This document shows positions 20,452 through 29,719 of a stretch of DNA of 64,000 nucleotides, piece by piece. The stretch spans positions 98,231 through 162,230 of the IMG/VR virus record IMGVR_UViG_3300045988_177552; one strand, 5' to 3'. The position numbers and the translations under genes are program-made. Source of the DNA: a virus. The notes below the pieces were generated by a model. The model was not told the origin of the DNA. It worked only from the letters and a program-made list of their open reading frames with translations, and did not search any database. The first letter of the stretch is position 1; each line of letters opens with the position of its first letter.

Positions 20452-21655
20452 ATTTTTCAGATATTTTAATGTTATTCTCTAAGATTCCCGATACCTCTAA
20501 GAACTTGTCAAGCGTTAGATCACAGTAATCATCGACCCAATCAGCAATATAATAGAGGCACCTACTGTCGGCCATAATTCCGAAAAGGATAGGGTCAGCC
20601 TTCTTTCTTCTTTCCTCCTCCTTCTCGTCCTTCGTTGCCTTATAGACTTTTCCATCCGGGTCATAGTGAAGAACGACATAGTTATCAAAGACATGGAGAC
20701 TATCTGCTTCAAGCTTCTTTTCCCTAACTTCCTTGGGAATTGGTCTTGAGAAGTTCTTGATATAACATAAAGATATTCCCTTCTCTGACAGCTTAATGAA
20801 ACTGACCATCTGAGCTTCTGTGATTCTTTTCTCAAATCCCTTTGACCTGAGGATGGATTCATACTTGACTGTAAACAACCTAGCCAACCATTTATCAACT
20901 AAGGCTGTCTGTCCCATCTCCTTAGCATCTTTCAGGGCTGCCAGGTAAGATCCAATACGTCCATAATAGTCATCAACTTCTTTCTGAGTCGTAAGTTTAA
21001 CCAAGTCAAAGAATTTAATGACATCCAACTTATAGACCTTTGGCTTTTCTTCCTTAGGATCTTTATCAGGCATCTCTTCCTCCTTTTTCTTTTCAGATTC
21101 AGAAGATTTCTTGAATACCTTCCCTAGGAGGCCTTTCATCCAACCTTTCTTTTCCTCTTTCTTATTGGATTGATAAAGATTCTCTAGGGCTTTCGCTGTA
21201 CTCCCCATGGTATTCCTGAAATTATCAATAGTATCAGTGTCTACTTCCTCCTCTATCCAGATCTGATCAGGTGTTACCAGTTTATATTGAGAGGCCATGT
21301 TCTTCGCTTTCTTCTCATCTACGAGGAAATTCAACTCATCAATAGACATAGCATCGAAGGCTTCTTGAGTAATAGTCTGTTGGGTTCTCATCCTTGCTAA
21401 GGCCTTTCTCTTTTCATAGGAATTGAATACTGAAACTTCCCTATCTTTAACAGCCCTATCTGAAGAGGAATAATCTTCTGTGACAGTTACGACACCATTC
21501 TTTCCTTCCTCAACTTTTTTCAAGATCGCATTATATTTCGGAAGGGTATAGTCAATCTCTACAGTTTCAGTAAAGATTCTGAGATATGACTGTGATCTAT
21601 CTAAGATTTCTGTTGCCATAGGCCTAAGCGACATCTTCGTCCAAGTGAAGCTCAT
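20441..21655 (-). CDS. hypothetical protein embedded in the NAD salvage operon
   Basis: 404 aa with K/E-rich linker; overlaps pncB and pncA ends (operon). Confidence 0.4.
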   Translation of the reverse strand: MSFTWTKMSLRPMATEILDRSQSYLRIFTETVEIDYTLPKYNAILKKVEEGKNGVVTVTEDYSSSDRAVKDREVSVFNSYEKRKALARMRTQQTITQEAFDAMSIDELNFLVDEKKAKNMASQYKLVTPDQIWIEEEVDTDTIDNFRNTMGSTAKALENLYQSNKKEEKKGWMKGLLGKVFKKSSESEKKKEEEMPDKDPKEEKPKVYKLDVIKFFDLVKLTTQKEVDDYYGRIGSYLAALKDAKEMGQTALVDKWLARLFTVKYESILRSKGFEKRITEAQMVSFIKLSEKGISLCYIKNFSRPIPKEVREKKLEADSLHVFDNYVVLHYDPDGKVYKATKDEKEEERRKKADPILFGIMADSRCLYYIADWVDDYCDLTLDKFLEVSGILENNIKISEKYEI

Positions 21656-22811
21656 ACTTAGCTATCTCAATCTCCTTAGGATCACCGATATGCTTTCCTT
21701 CATCATCGCTAATTTTGATAGTTTTCTCCCAAGGATCTTTAGCGCTCATCCTGACACGGCTAAGTTTCATCACGATATTGGCAGGCTTATAACCCTCAAT
21801 ATCAGGATCACAAGTAAGGTTAGTTCCTATACCAGCGGATACCTGAATTCTATTTCCAAAGTAGTCTCTAATAGTCTTATACTTCGGAAAATCAAGAGCA
21901 TTGGAGAATACCAAGAGCTTTGTCTTTGGATCTATTCCGAACTCCTCCAATCTCTCGATAATCATATTACCAATCTTGAAATTATCACCAGAATCAATCC
22001 TATAGCCCTGGAGAAGAAGTGCTTGTTGTCTTGTGAGGGTCCTAAGGAAAGACTTTGTTCCAAACAAGTCTGTCAAGGCTGTTCCCAAGTCTCCCTTATA
22101 GACATCAATCCAGGCTTCCAACATGAGATAGTTCGCCCTCTTATTGCCAAACATACCAGCATGGGCCTGAATCCACTCATGAGGGAATGTGCCAATAGGA
22201 GTCATGTCATACTTCATTGCATAGTACATATTAGACGTACCAGTGCAATAGATCGGACATCTCTCTTTGAGTCTTCTCACAACCTCATCCTGTACTAATG
22301 AGCTGAAACGCCTCCTTGTTCCAAACTCACTAAACTTAAGCTGGTACTCATTAGCGAAGTCAATCTTCTTGTCCAGCTTCCTTATAATATCTTGGATGTT
22401 AGCTTTCACACCAAGTCTAGCATTTCTCAACTCACTGACCGTATAGAGAACAAGGATCTCATACCAAGTCACCTTATAGAGACGGTCTGTAACTTCAATC
22501 TTCAATTCACCCGTCTCAGTCAAAGAAACTTGTATCCTCTTCGGCTCAAATCTGAATGTCTTAAGCCACTCCCAATACGGAAGGTCAATATACTTAATTC
22601 TCTTACTAACAAACTCAAATTCTTTGTCAGTCAATTTCAACATACCAGCCTTAGCGAATTCCAAGTTGAGAGCTTCTACAAATTTTTCATCGTAAGTCTC
22701 ATGGTTACGATCGTAGAATGTAAATGTTCCTTCTGCTAATGGATATAATTTCCAATAAGCAAATGATGTACTCGCTTTGTACAAATCAGTGTCTAAAATA
22801 CTTTGTATCAT
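21624..22811 (-). CDS. pncB: nicotinate phosphoribosyltransferase
   Basis: LDTDLYK, FGTRRRFS, GTSN, HEW, LVFSNALD, GIGTNLTCD blocks align with E. coli PncB. Confidence 0.8.
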   Translation of the reverse strand: MIQSILDTDLYKASTSFAYWKLYPLAEGTFTFYDRNHETYDEKFVEALNLEFAKAGMLKLTDKEFEFVSKRIKYIDLPYWEWLKTFRFEPKRIQVSLTETGELKIEVTDRLYKVTWYEILVLYTVSELRNARLGVKANIQDIIRKLDKKIDFANEYQLKFSEFGTRRRFSSLVQDEVVRRLKERCPIYCTGTSNMYYAMKYDMTPIGTFPHEWIQAHAGMFGNKRANYLMLEAWIDVYKGDLGTALTDLFGTKSFLRTLTRQQALLLQGYRIDSGDNFKIGNMIIERLEEFGIDPKTKLLVFSNALDFPKYKTIRDYFGNRIQVSAGIGTNLTCDPDIEGYKPANIVMKLSRVRMSAKDPWEKTIKISDDEGKHIGDPKEIEIAKYELHLDEDVA

Positions 22812-22910
22812 AATATACCTTTTTAATAAGTTTGATTAATACTCACTGATAAGGTTTTGAAGGATAAAAGAAAAGAGGGACTTACATTTTCCCTCCTCCC
22901 TTTATCATCA

Positions 22911-23504
22911 TCAAGAGAATTCGACTGATGTACTAAACCGAAGACCGTCTGAATAGAAATCATAGTATCCAGTGGGTTGATATCCTAAGGACCTCCAGAA
23001 GTTATCCCTCTCGTGATCATAATAATATCCATACTCCCTAGGATATTTCTTGTAATACATTTCCCCGTCAAGCATAGGTTCAGTTCCTTGCCATAATAGG
23101 GAGTCTCTTTCTACAGTCTCCTTAAACCAAGCCTCTTTGTCTAGATACTCTTCCTCGTATTCATCATAGAGTCTTACGTCAGGTCTCATAAGGAACCCTA
23201 AGATGCCCTCCTTGGTAAGATCATAATACTGTTTAATCCCCCAAGAACTGACATACCTCTTAGTTTCCGAATCATAGGATCCATTATTTACTTTCCAGAC
23301 ATTTGGGTTCCAGAGAAATTTCCATCCCCCAGATCTCTTTCCAAGATGAATAATGCCGCCTCTCCATTCATACTGCCCTGGTTCAGAATAAGTTAAAGAG
23401 ACTTCATCAACAATCTCCTTAAACTTATCCTCATCAATCAGTCGTTTTAGCTCCTCTTTCCTTTCTTTTGTTGGAATAATCCTTGCATAAAAATTAGTTC
23501 CCAT
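22911..23504 (-). CDS. hypothetical protein
   Basis: 197 aa, Y/W/E-rich. Confidence 0.4.
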   Translation of the reverse strand: MGTNFYARIIPTKERKEELKRLIDEDKFKEIVDEVSLTYSEPGQYEWRGGIIHLGKRSGGWKFLWNPNVWKVNNGSYDSETKRYVSSWGIKQYYDLTKEGILGFLMRPDVRLYDEYEEEYLDKEAWFKETVERDSLLWQGTEPMLDGEMYYKKYPREYGYYYDHERDNFWRSLGYQPTGYYDFYSDGLRFSTSVEFS

Positions 23505-23632
23505 AAGTCATAATGTTTTATTTGATTCACTAATAAGAGTTATGCGGTTTCTGGAGAGCAAAAAAATAGGAGGATACACATTCATCACGAACTTCTCCTC
23601 CCCAGAAAACACTTTAGTATGAACAAACGTTA

Positions 23633-24463
23633 CTAATTGCTAGTCGCCCACTCCTTGACTTCTTTGAGATATCCTGGAGTGAGTTCGATTATGTTAACGT
23701 GTTCCATATCACTTAACCTGTTGATTAAGATAGGGTTATGAATTACGGCAATTATCTGAGTATCTGGTCTATTCGTCTTAAGCACCCCTAGGAGGTCCTT
23801 TGAATATTTTATACTAAGATTTCTATCAGGTTCATCAAGAAGTATTGTTACTCTATTCTCTGTTTTCTCTGACCCTGGTAGATCATGTTTCTCGTAATAC
23901 TCTACAAGACTCTGGAACCTCTTACTCCAAACATCATTGCTTTCCTTTATGGCCTTCTTTATTCTCTCCAGAGGAAATTCTTTGGGAGCCTCTTTTCCGA
24001 ACATGAATTTGAAGAGAACACTAATAGAGTTTATCGTGGATTCTCCCGTTGAACCATTCATTCCGTTCATCTTAAGTTGAAAATTATGTATACTGTCAGC
24101 GAATTCGTAGTCGTTTATATCTGCCGACATCCTTAAGTTGAACGTTGGAAGTAAATAATCAGAGAATACATCAACTCCATCATTAAACCTGTCATCCTCT
24201 CCTCCCAATACATAGTCATCCCAGAATAGTCTTTTCAAGTGAAGTGTATCATTTCCTCCAGTCTTAAACTCTGAGCATAGATTCTTATCACACAACGTAT
24301 AAGAAGCTAGTAATTTCATTAGAGTTGATTTTCCAGAACCATTTTCTCCAATCACAATATTAACATGTGGCGTAAAATTAAACTCTTCACCACCTTTAAA
24401 TACTTTGTTACACCATGATATCGGCGTACTCTCAATATCTTTAATAATTACTTTTGTTATCAT
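23633..24463 (-). CDS. ABC/AAA_21-like ATPase
   Basis: Walker A GENGSGKST, Walker B ILLDEPD, H-loop IHNP. Confidence 0.5.
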   Translation of the reverse strand: MITKVIIKDIESTPISWCNKVFKGGEEFNFTPHVNIVIGENGSGKSTLMKLLASYTLCDKNLCSEFKTGGNDTLHLKRLFWDDYVLGGEDDRFNDGVDVFSDYLLPTFNLRMSADINDYEFADSIHNFQLKMNGMNGSTGESTINSISVLFKFMFGKEAPKEFPLERIKKAIKESNDVWSKRFQSLVEYYEKHDLPGSEKTENRVTILLDEPDRNLSIKYSKDLLGVLKTNRPDTQIIAVIHNPILINRLSDMEHVNIIELTPGYLKEVKEWATSN

Positions 24464-24673
24464 ACATTAATAAGAGTTTCCTGGGGACGAAAAAAAAAAA
24501 TCGGAGGAATGATCAAGGCTAAATTCACCTACCTTAATCACCCTCCTTTAATAATGCCTCTGTCATGGGATTATCGACATCAGCGCTCCAACCTGAGTTT
24601 ACCCGGGATGGGAACTCAAATTAATTCCTCATCAATAAGGACTTGAAGCCTTCCGGAGCGCGTTTTCTCCACA

Positions 24674-25069
24674 TTACAAGACAGAGACCATCCTCTCGAA
24701 CATCTTGTCAAATCCAGCTTGACATAATAGGAGTGAATAATTCCTAAATACAGCAGACCTAATCTTATATTGAACAAGTGGCAAGGATTCTCCAATATTC
24801 CAAATATCTAGCCTCCTCTGATCAGGGATGTAAGTGACAAACCCTATTGGAGCCTTCTTATAGTCTGGGGTGCAAATTGTATATCTATAAACCTTCTGTC
24901 CCTCAGCTACTTGAAGTTTAAGGCTAGTTGTCACATTGAAAACAGATTGAATAGCTCCAAACATTGCTTTCAACTTAAGGGACTCATTCTTATCGCTGAT
25001 ATCTTTGAAAAATACCATTGGATCACCTATATCCAGGTAATTGAGCCCCATATATCCGATTCCTAACAT
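24674..25069 (-). CDS. hypothetical protein
   Basis: 131-aa ORF. Confidence 0.35.
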   Translation of the reverse strand: MLGIGYMGLNYLDIGDPMVFFKDISDKNESLKLKAMFGAIQSVFNVTTSLKLQVAEGQKVYRYTICTPDYKKAPIGFVTYIPDQRRLDIWNIGESLPLVQYKIRSAVFRNYSLLLCQAGFDKMFERMVSVL

Positions 25070-25072
25070 AGC

Positions 25073-27835
25073 TTATTTCATTTTAATTCCAGTTATTCCA
25101 CCTTCGTTCAATTCCAACTTTAACGATTTATTGTTGAAAGCTGGGATAGAATCCATATGGCTGCTAAGGAGAGTTAAGCCGATATTCATTTGTCCTATCA
25201 TATCAAGGACTATATCATGATTTGAAGAATCTAGGTGTTTTAAGAATTCATCCATAATCAAGAGACCCATCCTAGTAACAACTTTGCTTAGGAAATCTAC
25301 ATCAAGTAACGTTCTCTGACCATCTGAACAATTAACATATCTCACATTATTTCCATTGAGATTATATGAAGATTCCAAGTTGAGATGATCTTTTCCTCTA
25401 AACGTTGTCTGTGTAACCTCATACTTTATCCTATTATCACTAAACTGATCTGCCAACCTTGTCATAATCTCTTTATAGATAATTCCTGTCGGTCCTGTCA
25501 GTTTAATGTAGGCTTGGTATGCTTCTACGGCCTTTGACATCTCTTGTAGGTGAGATTCGCAAGCCTGAATTTCCTCTAAGGCAGCTGTCCTATCTCTTAT
25601 TAAGGATTCATATTGGTCCCATGTCACCAAGTCCTTCTCTAGCTTCCCCATTGTCTCCATAAAATCCAAAGGCAACTCTACTTTCTCAGGTTGTGGCCCT
25701 ATACTTTCAATAGACTTCTCAACCTCCCCTAGTTTTGTCTCCTCAGAATTTTTCTCCCAGAGCAACCTATTATACTCATTGGTTTCAGAAATTCTCTTAG
25801 CTATCTCTGTTGACATCTGAGATATAAACCCTTTACAGCCAGAATCAATTTCCTGTTTATCCTGAATTCCGAAGTCCCAAAATTCCTGATAGAGTGAATT
25901 CTGCTTTCCAACCAAATCCTGAATCTGAGCATCAAGTTCAGCCTTATGTTGCTCTAAGTGTTCTCCTGGTTTGATAGGTTGACCACAGGAAGGACAGACT
26001 TTCTTTTTCTCCAAGTCCTGTCTCTCATAGTAAGCCTTCTTTCCAAGTTGTTTGATTTCATTCAACCTGGTCACAGCATTAGTCACCCAATCGAGCTTCT
26101 TATGATACTCATCTGTTTCTTTATTGATGACATCCAGGGGCCTAACGTTGGAGAGACTAGGGAGAATAATTTCAGTCAACCTCTTCCCTATCGATTCCTT
26201 CTGAGCTTGAAGATTTGCAGTCGTAGTCATGTACCTATTATAGGCCATCCACTTCTCTTGCATACTCTTCCCATATGCCTTCTTGGATTGGAGATCTTCT
26301 TTTGTAAGTTCGGGCAAGACTAGGGAATCCAACTTTCCATTTAAGTAAGTCAACAATTCTCCTGCCTTATCCTGTCTCTCCTTCCAACCACTACCTTGTC
26401 TTAGGTATTGCTCCAAAAGAATCCTCGCCTGATCATTATAAGCATCAATCCTATCCATCTTATAGAACCTACTTATGATCTCACTCTTCCTCTCTGGTGT
26501 TATGTCACCAATGAGCTTAGGATGATCTGAGTCAAAGAAGTAGACGTCCATGTAATCAATGAATGGGAACCTTACGTGCATATCTTTCTCAAAGTCTTTC
26601 TTGCAATTATACTTTTGAGGCTCTCCATTTATCCAGAAGCCATACCTCTTGGAACCTCTCTGAATTTTATACTGAGATCCTTGATATAAGAATTCTACCT
26701 CTGTCCAACACTCTTTAGTTCCAAATTGAATAAGATCCTTAGGGTGCGGATTCTCTAGGAAAGCATATTTCAAAGCACTAAGAAGAGAACTTTTACCTGA
26801 TCCATTCTCTCCTGTAACCAGTACCTTGTCCATATCCTCGAAAAAGAGCTCAACCTCATCTATACTTCTCCAATTCTTACAATAGAATCTTGTAATAACG
26901 AAATTGAAATCAACCTCTTTCGAATCAATGTCCTGAATATTCTGAATTACCTCACTATGAACTCCCTGAAGTGAGTTGGAAATGATTATATTATCCGTCA
27001 AGTGTTCAATCTCCTCCCAAGCTGGAATTTCAATATCCCTAACACCACCGGAAATAGATTGATTTGAAGGTTTATAAACACTCCAAACACCTGTCGAAGC
27101 ATTCCATCCTTCCTCATCCCGCTTATCTGTATATTGGAATTTCATCAAGTTATCATGAGGGTTCAGGTTTACCCATTTCCATGACTTCTTTTCCGGTTCC
27201 AAAATAATGCCAGTTGAATATTCACAGTCCGACATCTTACACCTCTGAGGAATTCCTATACTGACAAACTTTCCATTTTGTGCTGGTTTATGAATATCTC
27301 CACAAATAGCCAGGTCAAACTTAGTCTCATCTAAGATTTGTGAGTGGTAATTATCATCAGGGGAATAGGAAATAGTAGCATGAGTAAATAAGACATCAAG
27401 CTTTCCATTAATCCAGGATAAGTTAAATTCCGGTCTCCAGTTATAGAAGCCAATCCTACAACCGTCCACATTAATCTCCTTCATATCAGAGTAATAGAGA
27501 TTATGGGGCAACATAACACCGAGACAAGAATCCGAAAGTTCTGAATCTACTCCTTTATTATCCTGATCATGATTTCCTAAGATGAAATACCCAACCCTGA
27601 AATGCTCCATCAAGGTATCCAGGAACATCTTAACTTCGTTCTGGATATAAGGGCGGATAAGGAATTTCTCGATAATATCACCAGCCAAGACAATAATATC
27701 ACAACCTTCCTGTTCTCCAACCTCAATTATATTTTGACATACAGTTCTTGTTTGATAGAGTCTATACTTTTCCGACGGATTTCTCTGCGGATAGTCATAG
27801 ATATGTATGTCTGATATTGCAAGAATCCTACTCAT
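25073..27835 (-). CDS. fused Mre11/SbcD nuclease and Rad50/SbcC ATPase
   Basis: N-terminal phosphoesterase motifs (SDIHI, AGDI, GNHD); Walker A GENGSGKSS; long coiled coils with CPSCGQP zinc hook; C-terminal LLIMDEF Walker B. Confidence 0.65.
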   Translation of the reverse strand: MSRILAISDIHIYDYPQRNPSEKYRLYQTRTVCQNIIEVGEQEGCDIIVLAGDIIEKFLIRPYIQNEVKMFLDTLMEHFRVGYFILGNHDQDNKGVDSELSDSCLGVMLPHNLYYSDMKEINVDGCRIGFYNWRPEFNLSWINGKLDVLFTHATISYSPDDNYHSQILDETKFDLAICGDIHKPAQNGKFVSIGIPQRCKMSDCEYSTGIILEPEKKSWKWVNLNPHDNLMKFQYTDKRDEEGWNASTGVWSVYKPSNQSISGGVRDIEIPAWEEIEHLTDNIIISNSLQGVHSEVIQNIQDIDSKEVDFNFVITRFYCKNWRSIDEVELFFEDMDKVLVTGENGSGKSSLLSALKYAFLENPHPKDLIQFGTKECWTEVEFLYQGSQYKIQRGSKRYGFWINGEPQKYNCKKDFEKDMHVRFPFIDYMDVYFFDSDHPKLIGDITPERKSEIISRFYKMDRIDAYNDQARILLEQYLRQGSGWKERQDKAGELLTYLNGKLDSLVLPELTKEDLQSKKAYGKSMQEKWMAYNRYMTTTANLQAQKESIGKRLTEIILPSLSNVRPLDVINKETDEYHKKLDWVTNAVTRLNEIKQLGKKAYYERQDLEKKKVCPSCGQPIKPGEHLEQHKAELDAQIQDLVGKQNSLYQEFWDFGIQDKQEIDSGCKGFISQMSTEIAKRISETNEYNRLLWEKNSEETKLGEVEKSIESIGPQPEKVELPLDFMETMGKLEKDLVTWDQYESLIRDRTAALEEIQACESHLQEMSKAVEAYQAYIKLTGPTGIIYKEIMTRLADQFSDNRIKYEVTQTTFRGKDHLNLESSYNLNGNNVRYVNCSDGQRTLLDVDFLSKVVTRMGLLIMDEFLKHLDSSNHDIVLDMIGQMNIGLTLLSSHMDSIPAFNNKSLKLELNEGGITGIKMK

Positions 27836-28350
27836 AGCGTCAACATTATATTCCTATAATTATTCTGAACCCACAATAAAGCCGCATATACATGTTTACA
27901 GAGAAGCGTCGTTCCTCTCTTTCCGGTAGGGGCATCATTCAAGGCTGCTCCAAGGCTTAGCTTAGTCCAGTCATTTGCAAATAATGAATCCCTTTTATTC
28001 AAGAGATAGGCGGAACGATACTTGAAATCATTACAATCACAATATACCCTAATCTGATTTCCCATCCAATTACTATTTGTAAAGTCTGGTTCAAGTTGGA
28101 TAAGGACATAATGTGTGTTTCCTGTATCACTACTAACTTTCAATTTCAGAGTAAGATAACAAACTTTAACCGAGTTTCCCGTGAAGAGGCTTATAAACTT
28201 TGATGCTATAGATTCCTCTTTAATGGTGAAAAATGTATTAACCAAGGAGACAGAGCAAGATGATGCCCTACCCTGTCTTCCCTGATCTATATTCATTAAC
28301 TCGCCAATTGTGTATCTTCGTCCAAATATGCTACCTAATACACTAGCCAT
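27832..28350 (-). CDS. SWIM zinc-finger protein
   Basis: CDCNDF...CKHVYAALLW CxC..CxH pattern. Confidence 0.45.
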   Translation of the reverse strand: MASVLGSIFGRRYTIGELMNIDQGRQGRASSCSVSLVNTFFTIKEESIASKFISLFTGNSVKVCYLTLKLKVSSDTGNTHYVLIQLEPDFTNSNWMGNQIRVYCDCNDFKYRSAYLLNKRDSLFANDWTKLSLGAALNDAPTGKRGTTLLCKHVYAALLWVQNNYRNIMLTL

Positions 28351-28353
28351 AAT

Positions 28354-28584
28354 TTATTTTATTGAATTTATATCTACAACTGGTTTTATATGTCCGGCAG
28401 GAGTTAGAATTGAGTTAATATTCTTAAGCATTAAGCCTGAAAATATCGGCTCAGAATCTTTTCCATTGCCACAATATACTGGTTCTACCTGTGATTTCGG
28501 GACAAACATACCATTCTTAAAGGTTCTCTCTGTCTCTCTATCAAAAGAATAGGCATCACCATTTGAAGTTACAATCTCAATCAT
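28354..28584 (-). CDS. small hypothetical protein
   Basis: 76 aa. Confidence 0.25.
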   Translation of the reverse strand: MIEIVTSNGDAYSFDRETERTFKNGMFVPKSQVEPVYCGNGKDSEPIFSGLMLKNINSILTPAGHIKPVVDINSIK

Positions 28585-29633
28585 CTCTCACAGTATAATG
28601 AAGGGTTAAACCTACTGATGAATGTTGTAAAGAATCCATCACTAAGGCCTATCATCTTAAACCTATCACAGAACTCATGCCATTCCTGCAATGAACCGAG
28701 ACGTCCACAGGTAGGAAGGAGGTCTGTAATATTCCTCTTCGCCTCTTCTAATCTAGGATAATTTCCCAGGTTAAACGTTGAGAGCTGAAGATTAAACAGA
28801 TCAACATCATCAACATTGGTATAATCGCCTTCCAAGATCTGTTCGATTGTCTTTACAGGATCTGCATACTCCTTCTTGGTTCTCCTCATTTGATTATGTC
28901 CCATTCCCAAGGAGTCCATATAAGACTTGTAATTATAGAGGCTTAACTTACTCCTCAAGGTCTCAGGAATCTTATCATACATCTCCTCATACGTTATTGT
29001 GATAGGTTGTTGTCCTGACTTTGGAATCTTGAAAAACTCCATAGTAGGACTCAAGGCATAAGTAAGATCAGAATCCTGAGTGATAATGACGCTATGTTTC
29101 CTGTTTTCCTGATACAACATCATACTGGCCAGGTAAGCTAGGTTATCAAACTCCCAACCAGGAACTCCAAGCGATGGAAATCCAAAGTTCTTGAGCTCTT
29201 TAACCATACCCCACTTAGCATCAAACCTTACCTCATTCTTGTAAAGTTTTTCATAAGCCTCTTTCAGGTCCTCTTGAGAAACATCAGGATCTGCTTTCAT
29301 CTCCTCAAACTTCTCCTTGGTCATATAGGTATCCAGGGGGTTTGCTTTTCCTTTGTTGGAATCTATATCACCTCTAGAGTCTTTGTATGCACCTCCAAGA
29401 ATTTGAGTCGTGACATAACCCTTATCACCATCCCACCTGTCTAAGAGGAGGATATGTTTCTCAGCCGTAATACCAAAATCTCGTTGGACCTTGTTGAATG
29501 TGTATATACAGCTCTTTATCAGGTCTCCAGCCGTATACTCTCCCGCTTTCTTGTCCTTTGATACGCCATACATGTTCCTCTGCATTATATAGGAGAGGTC
29601 CCAGAATGCGTATTCATATTTACAATTGTTCAT
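28581..29633 (-). CDS. FEN / 5'-3' exonuclease-like (PIN-fold) nuclease
   Basis: acidic blocks LLLDRWDGD and IITQDSDLTYAL resemble T4 RNase H / T5 D15 active-site motifs. Confidence 0.45.
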   Translation of the reverse strand: MNNCKYEYAFWDLSYIMQRNMYGVSKDKKAGEYTAGDLIKSCIYTFNKVQRDFGITAEKHILLLDRWDGDKGYVTTQILGGAYKDSRGDIDSNKGKANPLDTYMTKEKFEEMKADPDVSQEDLKEAYEKLYKNEVRFDAKWGMVKELKNFGFPSLGVPGWEFDNLAYLASMMLYQENRKHSVIITQDSDLTYALSPTMEFFKIPKSGQQPITITYEEMYDKIPETLRSKLSLYNYKSYMDSLGMGHNQMRRTKKEYADPVKTIEQILEGDYTNVDDVDLFNLQLSTFNLGNYPRLEEAKRNITDLLPTCGRLGSLQEWHEFCDRFKMIGLSDGFFTTFISRFNPSLYCER

Positions 29634-29719
29634 CTTTATTATTATTTTTATAGTAAATAAAATGGTGGGAGGGTTCCATCCTATTAAGATTTCGCCTATC
29701 CCACCTTAATCAATTTCTA

